Origin: Desulfosporosinus sp. Tol-M
GTDB lineage: Bacteria > Bacillota > Desulfitobacteriia > Desulfitobacteriales > Desulfitobacteriaceae
Direction of reading: 5' to 3'
NCBI GenBank assembly: GCA_000770645.1
Contig: JQID01000127.1
Location: 10,194 to 74,193, forward strand
DNA: 64,000 nucleotides
In this document: piece by piece, positions 49,671 through 60,460 of the stretch
Layout of the letters: each line of letters opens with the position of its first letter
Position numbering within the stretch: the stretch's first letter is position 1
Notes under the pieces: model-generated
Databases searched by the model: none
What the model was told of the DNA's origin: nothing
Seen by the model: only the letters and a program-made list of their open reading frames with translations
Translations under genes and position numbers: made by a program

Positions 49671-50037
49671 GGATAGTTATATGGGCAATTTATGAAACCC
49701 TTCCGCAGTTATTAGACGTAAGGGGCTGTGTGCAAACACAGTCCCTATAAATAAAGCGGTATGAGTTTTATTGATTAACAATAATCAAGCTATCCAGTGG
49801 AAGACCAAATAAAATTAAAGACAATCTAATACAAAAAGTGGGGCTGTTTTCATAAGGAATTTACTTATGACACAGCCCCATTCTCAGATGTAAAGAGTAT
49901 GGTATTTTTCGGAGTATTAGCAGGGGGGAGTTTCAGTTTCGTTAAGTATGCCGTTGTGTTTAAGTGGAGAGAATGTTAAGGTTGTAAATGTTAGCGACAG
50001 TTGTTTTGCGTTTTGTTCGGGGAAGGGGGCCAAAGGA

Positions 50038-51510
50038 ATGTACGAAAAACTGCGCACACGCGTATTACCTCAAATGATTCCCCCAAACGCTAAAGTCATG
50101 GTCGCAGTATCCGGAGGACCGGACTCGATGGCTTTAAGTCATATTCTTTGGCGATATGTTCGAGAAGAACAGTCAAGGGGGGTCTCCTTAGTATTAAGCC
50201 ATGTTCATCACGGGGTTCGGAAAGATTCAGATAATGAAGCTCACTTGGTTCAGAAAATGGCGGCTAAGTGGAAGATCCCTTGCATAGTCCATCGTTTCGA
50301 TGCAAAGGGATATGCCAAAACTATGGGCCAATCTTTTCAAGAGGCGGCCAGAGAATGGCGTTATGCTCGTTGGAAAGAGGATATGCGCAAGGAGGAATGC
50401 ACCCTTCTTGCAACAGCCCACCATCTTGGGGACCAAGCTGAGACGATTCTTTATAGGTTACTTCGAGGGAGTGGGACGGCAGGATTGGCTGGAATATATC
50501 CAACCAAGGGCTCGATAATTCGCCCCCTGCTGACGTTTAGGAAAGCGGATATATTGAATTATTGTGCGCGGGAAGCTCTGCCGTATGCACTTGATCGTTC
50601 AAATGAAGAGTTAGTATATGACCGTAACCGAATCCGCATAGAGTTATTACCTGAATTGGAGAAAAATTACAATCCTCGAATTCAAGAGGCGCTTGGGCGT
50701 ACAGGAGAACTTCTTCGCTGGGATGAAGAATATTTGTCCCGGCAAGTAGAGACGGTCTGGAAACATTACCGCATTTATAGCATTAATGACCCTGTCAATA
50801 CGATCGGCTTAAGTCGCGATATCTTTACTGAGCCTGCAGCGATTCTTTCCCGCCTATTGCGTAGAGCGGCAATGCTGATTACCAAAGAACCCAGAGGGTT
50901 AGGGTTTGCTTATGTTGCGAAAATCATGGGCTCTGAGGGAAAGCCTGGTTGGATGCAGGATTTGCCAGGTCTGACAGTTAAAATTTCAGATGAGGGGATT
51001 TGGTTTAACCGTGATGTTGGCTCTGTTGGGGAGCCTGGCGACGTCGTAAATATGCATGGCCAACAGATGCTGAATGCAGCCTTTCCAGAAATCGCTTTGG
51101 ACATGGGGCACTGGTCCAAAATCCCAAGTTTGAAGTTGGAAATCGGGTTGTTGGAGGAATGGAATCTTTCCCCAGCGAACGCAACTTTCGATAGACAGGA
51201 GCACAAGGTGGCGGTTTTTAGCCGTGATCTTTTAGGCCGGTTTTCGGACCGGTTGGTGTGTCGTACTCGGCGGCAAGGAGACAGAATGTGGTTTCAGGGT
51301 GTTGGACATAAATCTCTAAAAAAGGTTTTTCAGGAAGAAAATATTTCTGTTAAAGCAAGAAACGGACTACCGTTGATCGCCTCCGGTGCAGAAGTGCTCT
51401 GGATTCCCGGTGTTCGCCAAAGCAGTCTGTGTCGACCCTACCAGAACACCGAAAGGGTTTATTGCGTTCTCAAACCGCAGGCTTCGGGTTCTAATTTGAA
51501 TTCATTGTAA
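50038..51510 (+). CDS. tilS: tRNA(Ile)-lysidine synthase
   Basis: [38 protein letters not shown]. Confidence 0.95.
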   Translation: MYEKLRTRVLPQMIPPNAKVMVAVSGGPDSMALSHILWRYVREEQSRGVSLVLSHVHHGVRKDSDNEAHLVQKMAAKWKIPCIVHRFDAKGYAKTMGQSFQEAAREWRYARWKEDMRKEECTLLATAHHLGDQAETILYRLLRGSGTAGLAGIYPTKGSIIRPLLTFRKADILNYCAREALPYALDRSNEELVYDRNRIRIELLPELEKNYNPRIQEALGRTGELLRWDEEYLSRQVETVWKHYRIYSINDPVNTIGLSRDIFTEPAAILSRLLRRAAMLITKEPRGLGFAYVAKIMGSEGKPGWMQDLPGLTVKISDEGIWFNRDVGSVGEPGDVVNMHGQQMLNAAFPEIALDMGHWSKIPSLKLEIGLLEEWNLSPANATFDRQEHKVAVFSRDLLGRFSDRLVCRTRRQGDRMWFQGVGHKSLKKVFQEENISVKARNGLPLIASGAEVLWIPGVRQSSLCRPYQNTERVYCVLKPQASGSNLNSL

Positions 51511-51587
51511 AACTCAATACTGCGTGGTATAATATGAGGAATTGCTTCAGAATGAAGAGGTTTATACACAAGAGAGGTGTACCATAC

Positions 51588-53498
51588 TTGAAGTTTTTTA
51601 AAAATGCGGCAATTTATATACTGATAATTCTCATGGCGATTGTGTTTATAAAATGGTCGACTCCTCCCGTTAGTAAAGAGGTAGAAATGGACTACAACGC
51701 TTTTAAAAGAGCTGTTGTTGAGGACCAGGTTAAAGATGTCACGGCTGTTATTGAAGACAATACCATTACGTATACTGTTACGATGAAAGACGATAAAAAG
51801 CATGAGGTGATTGGGCTGGGAACGGATCCACAACTTACGGCGGATTTGTATGCTCACGGTCTTCCCTACCTCGTTGAAGAACCTCCGAAACCTCAATGGT
51901 GGGTGGGATTACTTTCCACAATGCTTCCCATGCTCCTCATCGTTCTGTTGTTCTTCTTTATGATGCAACAAAGCCAGGGTGGCGGCAATCGGGTGATGCA
52001 GTTTGGAAAAAGCAAAGCAAGATTAGTCGGAGAAGATAAGAAAAAGGTAACCTTTGCCGATGTTGCCGGCGCGGACGAGGTAAAAGAGGAGCTTCAGGAA
52101 GTGGTTGAGTTTTTGAAGTTTCCAAAGAAGTTTCAGGAATTGGGGGCGAAGATTCCCACGGGGGTTCTACTTTTTGGACCTCCCGGAACTGGTAAAACCT
52201 TACTTGCCCGTGCTATTTCCGGAGAAGCCGGCGTGCCTTTTTTTAGCATCAGTGGTTCTGATTTTGTGGAGATGTTTGTTGGAGTTGGAGCTTCCCGGGT
52301 GCGAGATTTATTTGAACAAGCCAAGAAAAGCGCTCCGTGTATCGTATTTATCGATGAGATCGATGCGGTTGGACGTCAACGGGGTGCCGGCTTAGGTGGC
52401 GGACATGATGAACGCGAACAAACTCTTAACCAACTTCTGGTGGAGATGGATGGATTTAACGGAAATGAGGGAGTAATAATTATCGCGGCTACAAATAGGG
52501 CGGATGTCCTGGATCCGGCTCTTTTGCGCCCAGGCCGTTTTGACAGACAAATAATTGTTGATGTTCCGGATGTTAAAGGACGCGAAGAGATACTTAAAGT
52601 ACATGCTAAAGGGATGCCGCTGGCAAAAGATGTCGATCTTGAGGTTCTGGCTCGCCGCACCTCAGGTTTTACCGGCGCGGACCTGGCCAACTTGATTAAC
52701 GAAGCGGCACTTCTTACTGCTCGTCGAAGTGGAACTCAAATTAGCCAGCAGGCGCTGGAAGATTCTATAGAACGAGTGATCGCAGGACCTGAGAAGAAGA
52801 GCCGGGTGATAAGTGATTTCGAAAGGAAGCTCGTTTCTTATCACGAAGCAGGGCATGCATTACTCGGAGACCTCCTCCTTCATACGGATCCCTTACATAA
52901 GGTTTCGATTATTCCTCGCGGAAGAGCTGGGGGATACACGCTTCTTCTTCCGAAAGAAGATCGTAATTATATGACTAAATCCCAACTGCTGGATCAGGTG
53001 ACAATGTTACTGGGCGGTCGCGTTGCTGAGGCTATGGTACTGCAGGAAATCAGTACAGGTGCTTCAAATGACCTGGAGCGGGCCACTGGGCTCGTTCGTA
53101 AAATGATTACTGAGTTGGGGATGTCAAAACTCGGTCCGCTCACTTTTGGCCACAAGGAAGAGCAGGTCTTCCTTGGCCGGGATATTTCACGTGATCGTAG
53201 TTATAGCGACGCAGTGGCTTATGAAATTGACAATGAGGCGCGCAGGATTATTGATGAGTGTTACCTGAAGGCTCAAAACTTGATAAAGGAAAATATTGAT
53301 AAATTACATGCTATTGCCGAAGCATTAATGGAACAAGAAACCTTGGATGTCACGAGCTTTGCCGCTCTCATGGCCAAATTTGATGTTGAGGCAGATGCAG
53401 AAAACAGTGCAGAAGTTCCGATAAATCAAGAAAAAACTCTGGAAACTGTGGAAAGTTCGCCAGATACGGTAAATAATTCAAATCAGCAAGATGTTTAG
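51588..53498 (+). CDS. ftsH: ATP-dependent zinc metalloprotease FtsH
   Basis: Two TMs, [19 protein letters not shown]. Confidence 0.98.
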   Translation: MKFFKNAAIYILIILMAIVFIKWSTPPVSKEVEMDYNAFKRAVVEDQVKDVTAVIEDNTITYTVTMKDDKKHEVIGLGTDPQLTADLYAHGLPYLVEEPPKPQWWVGLLSTMLPMLLIVLLFFFMMQQSQGGGNRVMQFGKSKARLVGEDKKKVTFADVAGADEVKEELQEVVEFLKFPKKFQELGAKIPTGVLLFGPPGTGKTLLARAISGEAGVPFFSISGSDFVEMFVGVGASRVRDLFEQAKKSAPCIVFIDEIDAVGRQRGAGLGGGHDEREQTLNQLLVEMDGFNGNEGVIIIAATNRADVLDPALLRPGRFDRQIIVDVPDVKGREEILKVHAKGMPLAKDVDLEVLARRTSGFTGADLANLINEAALLTARRSGTQISQQALEDSIERVIAGPEKKSRVISDFERKLVSYHEAGHALLGDLLLHTDPLHKVSIIPRGRAGGYTLLLPKEDRNYMTKSQLLDQVTMLLGGRVAEAMVLQEISTGASNDLERATGLVRKMITELGMSKLGPLTFGHKEEQVFLGRDISRDRSYSDAVAYEIDNEARRIIDECYLKAQNLIKENIDKLHAIAEALMEQETLDVTSFAALMAKFDVEADAENSAEVPINQEKTLETVESSPDTVNNSNQQDV

Positions 53499-53523
53499 AA
53501 TTGGACTAAAAGGAGAGCTAAGG

Positions 53524-53973
53524 ATGGAAAAAACATTTATTATGCTGAAACCGGATGCGGTTCAGCGGGGATTGGTCGGAGAAATTATTGCTCGTTTTGA
53601 GAAAAAGGGCTTCAAGCTCGCCGGGATGAAGTTTATTCAAGTGGATCGCGCTTTGGCTGAAGCACATTATGCGGAACATCGGGGCAAAGGGTTCTTTGAG
53701 CCGACGGTTGCCTACATTATGTCTTCTCCGGTCGTTGCTATGGTATGGCAAGGGAAAAACGCAGTTGCGTTAGCCCGCCAGTTAATGGGGTCTACAAAAC
53801 CTGTGGAGGCAAGTCCCGGATCTATCCGCGGAATGTATGGGATGGATGTTAGCCGTAATATTATTCATGGCTCGGACTCGGTTACAAGTGCCGAACGGGA
53901 GATTGCACTTTATTTTAAACCCGAAGAACTGATAGACTATCCTAAAGTGGGCGATGAATGGTTGAGTGAATAA
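53524..53973 (+). CDS. ndk: Nucleoside diphosphate kinase
   Basis: [20 protein letters not shown]. Confidence 0.97.
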   Translation: MEKTFIMLKPDAVQRGLVGEIIARFEKKGFKLAGMKFIQVDRALAEAHYAEHRGKGFFEPTVAYIMSSPVVAMVWQGKNAVALARQLMGSTKPVEASPGSIRGMYGMDVSRNIIHGSDSVTSAEREIALYFKPEELIDYPKVGDEWLSE

Positions 53974-54092
53974 GTGAACTCGTTCAGCTTAAGCTGAACA
54001 TCGAGACTTCGGTGGGGGATTCTACCCCCACCGAAGCAGGGTACGGGGGACCCACTCCCACTTGTAGAAGTGGGAGTCTTACGATTGGATAA
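53974..54092 (+). repeat. Intergenic repeat family B, full copy
   Basis: Hairpins gttcagct/agctgaac, cttcggtggggg/cccccaccgaag and actcccactt/aagtgggagt. Confidence 0.88.
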
Positions 54093-54152
54093 ATGGGGGA
54101 CGCCTGTAGGGGGTGTCCTTTTTCCAAAACCGGCGGTATAGAGGTGTGATAA

Positions 54153-54863
54153 ATGCAGTTGGAGAAAAGAGAACGATCTCTACTTGGGGCGGCTTCAATT
54201 TTGATTGGATTTCTTTTTATAATTCTGCTCAAAACTCAGGGAGTTACCGGCAGCCAGGTGGCGCTGCAGGAAACCGCTGTACCTAGTCTGATTCAAACGG
54301 AACAGGAGAATCAACAGCTTTATCTGGAAATTGATAAGCTACAACTTGAATTGGATAAATATGCTCAAGGTCAAAGTGCATCGACATTGGCAAAGCAGCA
54401 ACTTCAAGAGGCACAAATGAATGCTGGCATGATTGCAGTTACCGGTCCATGTGTAAGGATTACTCTCGATGATTCAAAGCGCACAGCTCAAGATCAAGAG
54501 GATCCGGGGCTCTTTTATATTCATGAACAATACATTCGCGAGATCTTTAATGCCCTCTGGAATGGCGGTGCGGAAGCCATTGCCGTCAATGGTCAGCGCG
54601 TGACGACAAATACGGAGGTATTTTGTTCCGGTTCGTTCATCCAAATTAATGGGACCCGTCAAATGCCTCCTTATGTGATTGAAGCTATTGGAGATGCGAA
54701 TACTTTATCGGCTGCGCTCAACTTTTATGGCTGGTTTAAACTTGGTGATCTCCAACAGCAATATGGAATTACCCGTAAACTCGATGTCTTGGACAAAGTC
54801 GTGATTCCGGCAGGTAAACTGCGGGAGTATCATTATGCCGAACCGGTTAAGGAGGGAACATAA
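54153..54863 (+). CDS. DUF881 family protein
   Basis: TM plus coiled coil, N.LWNGGAEAIAVNGQRV, PPYVIEAIG. Confidence 0.88.
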   Translation: MQLEKRERSLLGAASILIGFLFIILLKTQGVTGSQVALQETAVPSLIQTEQENQQLYLEIDKLQLELDKYAQGQSASTLAKQQLQEAQMNAGMIAVTGPCVRITLDDSKRTAQDQEDPGLFYIHEQYIREIFNALWNGGAEAIAVNGQRVTTNTEVFCSGSFIQINGTRQMPPYVIEAIGDANTLSAALNFYGWFKLGDLQQQYGITRKLDVLDKVVIPAGKLREYHYAEPVKEGT

Positions 54864-55567
54864 TGCACCGCTGGAAAAGGGCCTTAGCTCTACCTGTCAC
54901 CCTGGTGGCGATAGCCCTCGGTTTTCTGATATCTCTTCAAGCTCAAACCCAAAAAAATGTCTCGGCAGCAGAGCAGATTAGTGCGGAGCGGATGACCCAA
55001 ATGAAATCGGTGCTGTCAAATTCCCTGGCGCAAAACACCAAACTTCAAAAAGACCATCGCGATTTATTGGATAAATTGGATGCGGCGCGGAAAAGGGTGG
55101 GGACGGATCCCCAACTTCTTGCTCAGCTGATCCAATTGCAAATGCTCGAAGGGACGCAAGAGGTAGAGGGCCCGGGGATTCAGATTAGCATTGACGATCG
55201 CAACAAAAAGGGTTTTCCTTACGCTCTCAGTACGGATGACCTTGCCAGGATGATCAACACCCTGAAGTTTGCGGGCGCTGAGGCAATCAGCATTAATGGC
55301 CAACGGATCGTTGGCTCGACGGCGATTGTGCTGAGTGGAAGTTCGACCATCTTGGTGAACCAAGTGCCAATAAATCGTACAGAAGGGATTTCCTATGAAC
55401 TGAATGCGATCGGGGATCAAGACACCCTCTTGGATTATTTTTCCAAACTGGAAGCCTCAAACCTAAAACAAAATGGTCTGACGGTGAGTATTGCGAGAAA
55501 AATAGTGCGTATCCCATCTTACAAGGGGGCATATTCATTTAAGCAAGCAAAACCGTTGATCCCTTAA
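54863..55567 (+). CDS. DUF881 family protein
   Basis: VEGPGI.I.IDD, INTLKFAGAEAISINGQRI, AIGD. Confidence 0.88.
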   Translation: MHRWKRALALPVTLVAIALGFLISLQAQTQKNVSAAEQISAERMTQMKSVLSNSLAQNTKLQKDHRDLLDKLDAARKRVGTDPQLLAQLIQLQMLEGTQEVEGPGIQISIDDRNKKGFPYALSTDDLARMINTLKFAGAEAISINGQRIVGSTAIVLSGSSTILVNQVPINRTEGISYELNAIGDQDTLLDYFSKLEASNLKQNGLTVSIARKIVRIPSYKGAYSFKQAKPLIP

Positions 55568-55581
55568 GGGGGGGTGAAACT

Positions 55582-56796
55582 ATGCAAACGTATGGCCTAC
55601 GCTGGGTTACTCTCGATAATTTGGCAGAAGCCATAATGGCTTTAACGCAAATTGGGTCTACTCCCGAAGGAATAGCTCATATGGCTGGGAAAGCGTTAGG
55701 GCGGGGGATTAAATTAGAACAAGTACCGTTATGGGTAGCCCATATCTTAAAACAAGAGATGTTAGCGGTAGGCGGAGATGCAGCTGTACACCGGGATGTT
55801 ATTATCAATAAAATAGATGCCACGGATGTTATGTTGCTTGGCACGGTACGCCAACTCGGGCAACTTGCGAGTAAAGTATTAGCCCAACCATTTGGGCTTC
55901 AGAAGATAGGGCACGACCTGAAGCAGTTACTAGCTGCTCTGGAACCCTCGAAAACCCGTCTTTTAAAATGTCGGGGTAAGGAACTAAAGCTTGGGCAGCG
56001 TACCCTGATCATGGGAATCTTGAATATAACGCCGGATTCGTTCTCGGATGGGGGCAGGTACTATTCTTTGGAAAGCGCAATCGCGCAAGCAAAACGCATG
56101 GTTGAAGAAGGTGCAGATATTTTAGACATTGGAGCTGAGTCAACACGACCTCAGCATGAGGGCGTGAGTGCCGCAGAAGAATGGCGGCGCCTGGAACCTG
56201 TACTCAAAGCTCTTTTAGAATTGGAAGAGATCCCCGTATCGATCGATACCTCTAAGGCGAGTGTTGCGGCTAAAGCGCTCGAAGCGGGCGCTCACCTGAT
56301 CAATGACCAATGGGGATTGCAAAAAGACCAGGATATGGTCAGGGTTGTCGGAGAATACCAGGTTCCTGTGATCGTAATGCATAACCAAGAAGACACGACC
56401 TATCATCATCTCATGGGGGATATTTTGACTTTTTTAAGGAGAAGCATTGAATTGGCGGAAGCCCATGGATTATCCGGAGACCAAATCATCGTTGACCCGG
56501 GGATTGGATTTGGAAAAACAACGGAGCAAAACCTGGAGATTATGGCTCGCTTGGCGGAATTAAGAACGCTTGGGCATCCGGTACTACTGGGAACTTCTCG
56601 CAAATCTATGATTGGAAAAACATTGAACCGGACGGTGGATGAGCGGTTAGAAGGGACACTTGCGACTAGCGTTCTAGGGGTTGTTGCGGGCGTAGATTTA
56701 ATACGAGTCCACGATGTTCAAGCAAATCGCAGAGCAGTGCAAATGGCCGATACCGTTGTACGGGGACAGAGAGGAGTTCACTATGTCGGGGCGTGA
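55582..56796 (+). CDS. folP: Dihydropteroate synthase with N-terminal extension
   Basis: MGILNITPDSFSDGG, DIGAESTRP, DPGIGFGK, GTSRKS, RVHDV. Confidence 0.96.
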   Translation: MQTYGLRWVTLDNLAEAIMALTQIGSTPEGIAHMAGKALGRGIKLEQVPLWVAHILKQEMLAVGGDAAVHRDVIINKIDATDVMLLGTVRQLGQLASKVLAQPFGLQKIGHDLKQLLAALEPSKTRLLKCRGKELKLGQRTLIMGILNITPDSFSDGGRYYSLESAIAQAKRMVEEGADILDIGAESTRPQHEGVSAAEEWRRLEPVLKALLELEEIPVSIDTSKASVAAKALEAGAHLINDQWGLQKDQDMVRVVGEYQVPVIVMHNQEDTTYHHLMGDILTFLRRSIELAEAHGLSGDQIIVDPGIGFGKTTEQNLEIMARLAELRTLGHPVLLGTSRKSMIGKTLNRTVDERLEGTLATSVLGVVAGVDLIRVHDVQANRRAVQMADTVVRGQRGVHYVGA

Positions 56797-57163
56797 CATT
56801 ATTCATCTTCGTGGACTGGAATTTTATGCTTACCATGGGGTATTGCCCGAGGAACAAGTTTTAGGACAGAGATTTTTAATCGATATGGACCTTTTTGCTG
56901 ATTTGAGCCAGGCAGGATCTTCAGACCAAGTAGGGGATACTATCCACTATGGAGAAGTGTATCAAGTAATAAAGGCATGTGTTACCGGAGATAGTCATCA
57001 ATTGTTGGAACACTTGGCGGAGGATATAGCAGGGCGCGTTCTGGGGCAGTTTTCCTGTACGGCTGTACGGGTTGAAGTACATAAACCCCAAGCCCCGATT
57101 CCCGGGGTTTATAGAGATGTTTCGGTGGAGATTTGGCGGGAGGCAGGAGAGAGGAGAGCATGA
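56783..57163 (+). CDS. folB: Dihydroneopterin aldolase
   Basis: FYAYHGVLPEE..LGQRF.ID, KPQAPI. Confidence 0.95.
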   Translation: MSGRDIIHLRGLEFYAYHGVLPEEQVLGQRFLIDMDLFADLSQAGSSDQVGDTIHYGEVYQVIKACVTGDSHQLLEHLAEDIAGRVLGQFSCTAVRVEVHKPQAPIPGVYRDVSVEIWREAGERRA

Positions 57164-57627
57164 GAGCGTTTTTAGGGTTGGGTAGTAATTTAGGAGACCG
57201 AGCCCATTATCTGGGAGAGGCGATCTCTGCTTTGGGGAGTCCATTGACAGAGGTTATGGCTACTTCTCGAATTTATGAAACAGAGCCTTGGGGTTTGATG
57301 AACCAACCCTTGTACTGGAATCAGGTTATTGAGGTTGAAACATCACTTGAGCCCTTGGAACTCCTTGGTGTTTGTCAGCAGATCGAAAATCAACTTGGAC
57401 GAGAACGCAAAGTACATTGGGGTCCTCGAACTATTGACATTGACCTGCTTATTTATGATAATAGATTTAGCAAGTCTGAAAAATTAATCTTGCCTCATCC
57501 ATATCTGGAAGAACGGGCTTTTGTACTTGCCCCTTTGCGAGAGATCGCGCCGGAACTTGTGTTGACATCGGGAAGATCCATCAGTGAGGTATATGGGGAA
57601 GGAAAGGTGCACCCCCTTGTAATCTAA
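57160..57627 (+). CDS. folK: 6-hydroxymethyl-7,8-dihydropterin pyrophosphokinase
   Basis: LGLGSNLGDR, WGPRTIDIDLL, LPHP..ERAFVLAPL. Confidence 0.96.
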   Translation: MRAFLGLGSNLGDRAHYLGEAISALGSPLTEVMATSRIYETEPWGLMNQPLYWNQVIEVETSLEPLELLGVCQQIENQLGRERKVHWGPRTIDIDLLIYDNRFSKSEKLILPHPYLEERAFVLAPLREIAPELVLTSGRSISEVYGEGKVHPLVI

Positions 57628-57639
57628 GAGCGAAGTAAA

Positions 57640-57760
57640 GTGAACTCGCTTACGCTAAAACTGAACATCGGGGCTTCAGATGGGGACTCTACCCCACCTG
57701 AAGTTACGAAGAACCACACCCCCACTTATAGAAGCGGGGGGTCTTGAAAACTTGATAAAC
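57640..57760 (+). repeat. Intergenic repeat family B, diverged copy
   Basis: gtgaactcg...ctgaacatcggggcttcagatgggg/ccccacctgaag...cccacttatagaagcgggg...gataaa. Confidence 0.85.
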
Positions 57761-57799
57761 CCTATGTTTATCAGACAATATCGGAAGAGTTGTACTGTA

Positions 57800-57940
57800 T
57801 TGGGTAGCTGACTTATATGGAGTAGAATTTAGAAAGAAAGCAAAATTGAAAAGTCCTTATACCGCATAGCCGCTTGGATCTGAATGACCGAGACAGAGGG
57901 TTAGAATGAAATACCTCCACTTTCGGTGCAGGTATTTTTT
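57800..57940 (+). promoter_or_regulatory. Putative pan-operon leader: promoter, bulged hairpin and intrinsic terminator (pan RNA motif-like)
   Basis: TTGGGT-17-TAGAAT (57800-57828); hairpin cttgg-a-tc/ga-ccgag (57873-57892); terminator aaatacct..aggtatttttt (57909-57940). Confidence 0.5.
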
Positions 57941-58068
57941 AATCTGTTCATTTATATTAGGGTTCACGATTTGTACAAGCCTAGATTTTTTTATTTTATA
58001 ATTAGTGGACAAGCAAGCGCATTTGCGTCATAGACGCAAACAGCTTCCCCGTTTCATTCCCCGGCGAC

Positions 58069-58253
58069 CCAAGTCAGAGGAAGTTTCTTGGCTTAGAGAG
58101 CACGGAGAGAGGAGTCGCGTCAATGAGTGCGGGCGATAAGGCGTTAAGAACCGCGTTGGTTCACATTCAGAGAAGCCCAGAGGTTACGCGGTTTAGCCTT
58201 AGCGACAAGTGAATAGCGACGGAACGTGTGCGAACGGGCCAAGAAACTTTCTC
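58069..58253 (+). ncRNA. Candidate structured RNA or repeat, copy 2, closed by a 16-bp stem next to the panG RBS
   Basis: Homologous to 43052-43204; outer stem 58077-58092 / 58238-58253. Confidence 0.6.
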
Positions 58254-58267
58254 TTATGGAGGTCGAG

Positions 58268-59158
58268 ATGAAATTTGGGATTATTGGAACTGGAATCGTA
58301 GGCACAGCCCTAGCCGTTCGATTGGAAGAAGCGGGGCATGAATGTTTAGGGGTTCATACCCGAAGTCGTCTCTCGTATGTTAGGTTCCGTAAGTATCTAA
58401 AGATTGATCATCTTACGATAGAAGAGCTTGTTCCTGCCGTTGATATTTTGTTTATTACCACACAGGATGGAGTGATTCGATCGATCGCCGAGAAGTTGAG
58501 TGAAAATGCACTCATAAAATCGGGACAAGTGTGGATCCATTGTTCAGGATCACTCCCTTCAGAGGTATTACGTGTCAAGGAAAGTTTACCGGTATGTTAC
58601 CTCTCGTTACATCCCCTGCAGGCGTTTGCGAGCGTGGAGGAGGCGTTGACTATCCTTCCGGGAACACATTTCGGGATCGAAGGCGACAAAGAGGAACTCG
58701 GAGAGGAGATTGTTAAGGATTTAGGCGGAATTCCACATCACATCCTGGCGGAAAAGAAGACACTCTATCATGCGGGTGCAGTCGTAGCCTCTAATTATTT
58801 GGTTGTTCTTGCTTCTTTTGCTGTAGAACTTTTTGCTGAAGCAGGGATTCCAGGAGAGGAAGCTTTAGACTCCTTGCTACCTCTGATGAGAGGGACACTA
58901 TCTAATTTGGAACAGGTAGGGATACCCCAAGCTTTAACTGGGCCGATTGCCCGCGGGGATGCTCAAGTGGTCCAAGGTCACTTAGATTATATGCCACCGG
59001 AACTTGTGGAGATTTATCAGGGATTGGGGTTAAAAGCTTTAGAATTAGGAGAAAACAAAAAGGCCCTGCAGGGATTAAGCTATCCACAGGAGGAATTATA
59101 TTTTTTAAAATTATTACTTGGAAAATCAGGGAATGGAGATGGCAAGGAAAGGGAGTGA
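58268..59158 (+). CDS. panG: Rossmann-like plus DUF2520 protein (PanG-type ketopantoate reductase)
   Basis: GIIGTGIVG, HCSGS, HPLQAF, YHAGAVVASNY, LTGPIARGD; upstream of panC/panD. Confidence 0.8.
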   Translation: MKFGIIGTGIVGTALAVRLEEAGHECLGVHTRSRLSYVRFRKYLKIDHLTIEELVPAVDILFITTQDGVIRSIAEKLSENALIKSGQVWIHCSGSLPSEVLRVKESLPVCYLSLHPLQAFASVEEALTILPGTHFGIEGDKEELGEEIVKDLGGIPHHILAEKKTLYHAGAVVASNYLVVLASFAVELFAEAGIPGEEALDSLLPLMRGTLSNLEQVGIPQALTGPIARGDAQVVQGHLDYMPPELVEIYQGLGLKALELGENKKALQGLSYPQEELYFLKLLLGKSGNGDGKERE

Positions 59159-60021
59159 TAGACTTGAAGAGAACTTCACATATTACTGAACTGCGTGAAA
59201 TAATTACCATGGAAAGAAGCCGGGGACGAAAAATTGCACTTGTACCCACAATGGGTTATTTGCATCGGGGACATCTGGCGTTAGTTGAGCGGGCCAAACA
59301 AACCGGGGCCTTCATCGTACTTAGTATTTTCGTCAATCCCTTACAATTTGGTCCAAATGAAGACTATTCAAGATACCCAAGAGACTTAGAGCGAGATTCC
59401 AATTTGGTTAAAGCCGCAGGGGTCGATGCGCTCTTTCATCCAACTTCTGAGGAAATGTACCCTCGCCCGATTGTCACCTATGTTGAGGTGGGTCAGCTGG
59501 ATACGGTGCTCTGCGGAGCAATGCGCCCCGGACATTTTAGAGGGGTGGCAACGGTTGTAATTAAGTTGTTTAATATTGTTCAACCTGACTTAGCTTTTTT
59601 TGGGCAGAAGGATTATCAACAATATTTAGTTATCCGGCGCATGGTAAGCGATCTGAATCTTCCAATTGAGGTTTGCCCTGTCGCCATTGTTCGAGAGGAA
59701 GATGGACTGGCGTTAAGCTCGCGGAATGTTTTTTTGACTTCGGAACAACGGCAAGAAGCTAAGGTTTTGTCCCAGAGTCTTAACGAGGCGGAAACGTGTT
59801 TGCGAGCAGGAGAGCGATCAGCACGAGTAATTGAAGAACAGTTAAGAGATAGAATCTCCCGTCAGTGCCATGGCATAATTGACTACGCGGAAGTCCGGGA
59901 TGCGGAAGATTTGTCTGAAGTAACCATTATAGAGCGCCCGGTGCTCATCGCTCTAGCGGTTAAGTTCGGATCAACGCGATTGATTGACAACAAAATTATG
60001 GAGGTTGATCCCCATGTTTAG
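59155..60021 (+). CDS. panC: Pantoate--beta-alanine ligase
   Basis: [37 protein letters not shown]. Confidence 0.97.
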   Translation: MIDLKRTSHITELREIITMERSRGRKIALVPTMGYLHRGHLALVERAKQTGAFIVLSIFVNPLQFGPNEDYSRYPRDLERDSNLVKAAGVDALFHPTSEEMYPRPIVTYVEVGQLDTVLCGAMRPGHFRGVATVVIKLFNIVQPDLAFFGQKDYQQYLVIRRMVSDLNLPIEVCPVAIVREEDGLALSSRNVFLTSEQRQEAKVLSQSLNEAETCLRAGERSARVIEEQLRDRISRQCHGIIDYAEVRDAEDLSEVTIIERPVLIALAVKFGSTRLIDNKIMEVDPHV

Positions 60022-60397
60022 AATGATGATGAAATCTAAAATCCATAAAGCAACCGTGACGGAGGCAAATCTTCAATATGTGGGAAGTATTACAATTGAC
60101 ACCGCGTTGATGGAAGCAGCGGATATCTTGTCGAATGAAAAGGTCCAGATTGTAAACAATAATAATGGATCAAGGCTTGAGACTTATGTTATTCCCGGAG
60201 AAAGAAACTCCGGAGTAATTTGCCTCAATGGCGCGGCAGCCCGTCAAGTGCAAGTCGGGGACCAAGTAATTATTATTTCTTATGTAATGTTAACCGATGA
60301 AGCAGCTCATCAGCATAATCCTAAAGTTGTCTTTGTCGATGGAGAAAACCATCAAATAAAGATTGCTTCAGAAGAAGTCCATGGACAAAAATCTTGA
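60014..60397 (+). CDS. panD: Aspartate 1-decarboxylase
   Basis: [25 protein letters not shown]. Confidence 0.97.
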   Translation: MFRMMMKSKIHKATVTEANLQYVGSITIDTALMEAADILSNEKVQIVNNNNGSRLETYVIPGERNSGVICLNGAAARQVQVGDQVIIISYVMLTDEAAHQHNPKVVFVDGENHQIKIASEEVHGQKS

Positions 60398-60460
60398 CAA
60401 AAAGAGTCGGAAAGACCTAGTATTTAGGAAAGATCCCGTCAATTTAGAGGGAGGTAGGAA

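Noticed and set aside
51562-51570. Single TTATACACA DnaA box upstream of ftsH
   Set aside because: An isolated match is expected by chance in 64 kb; no neighbouring boxes
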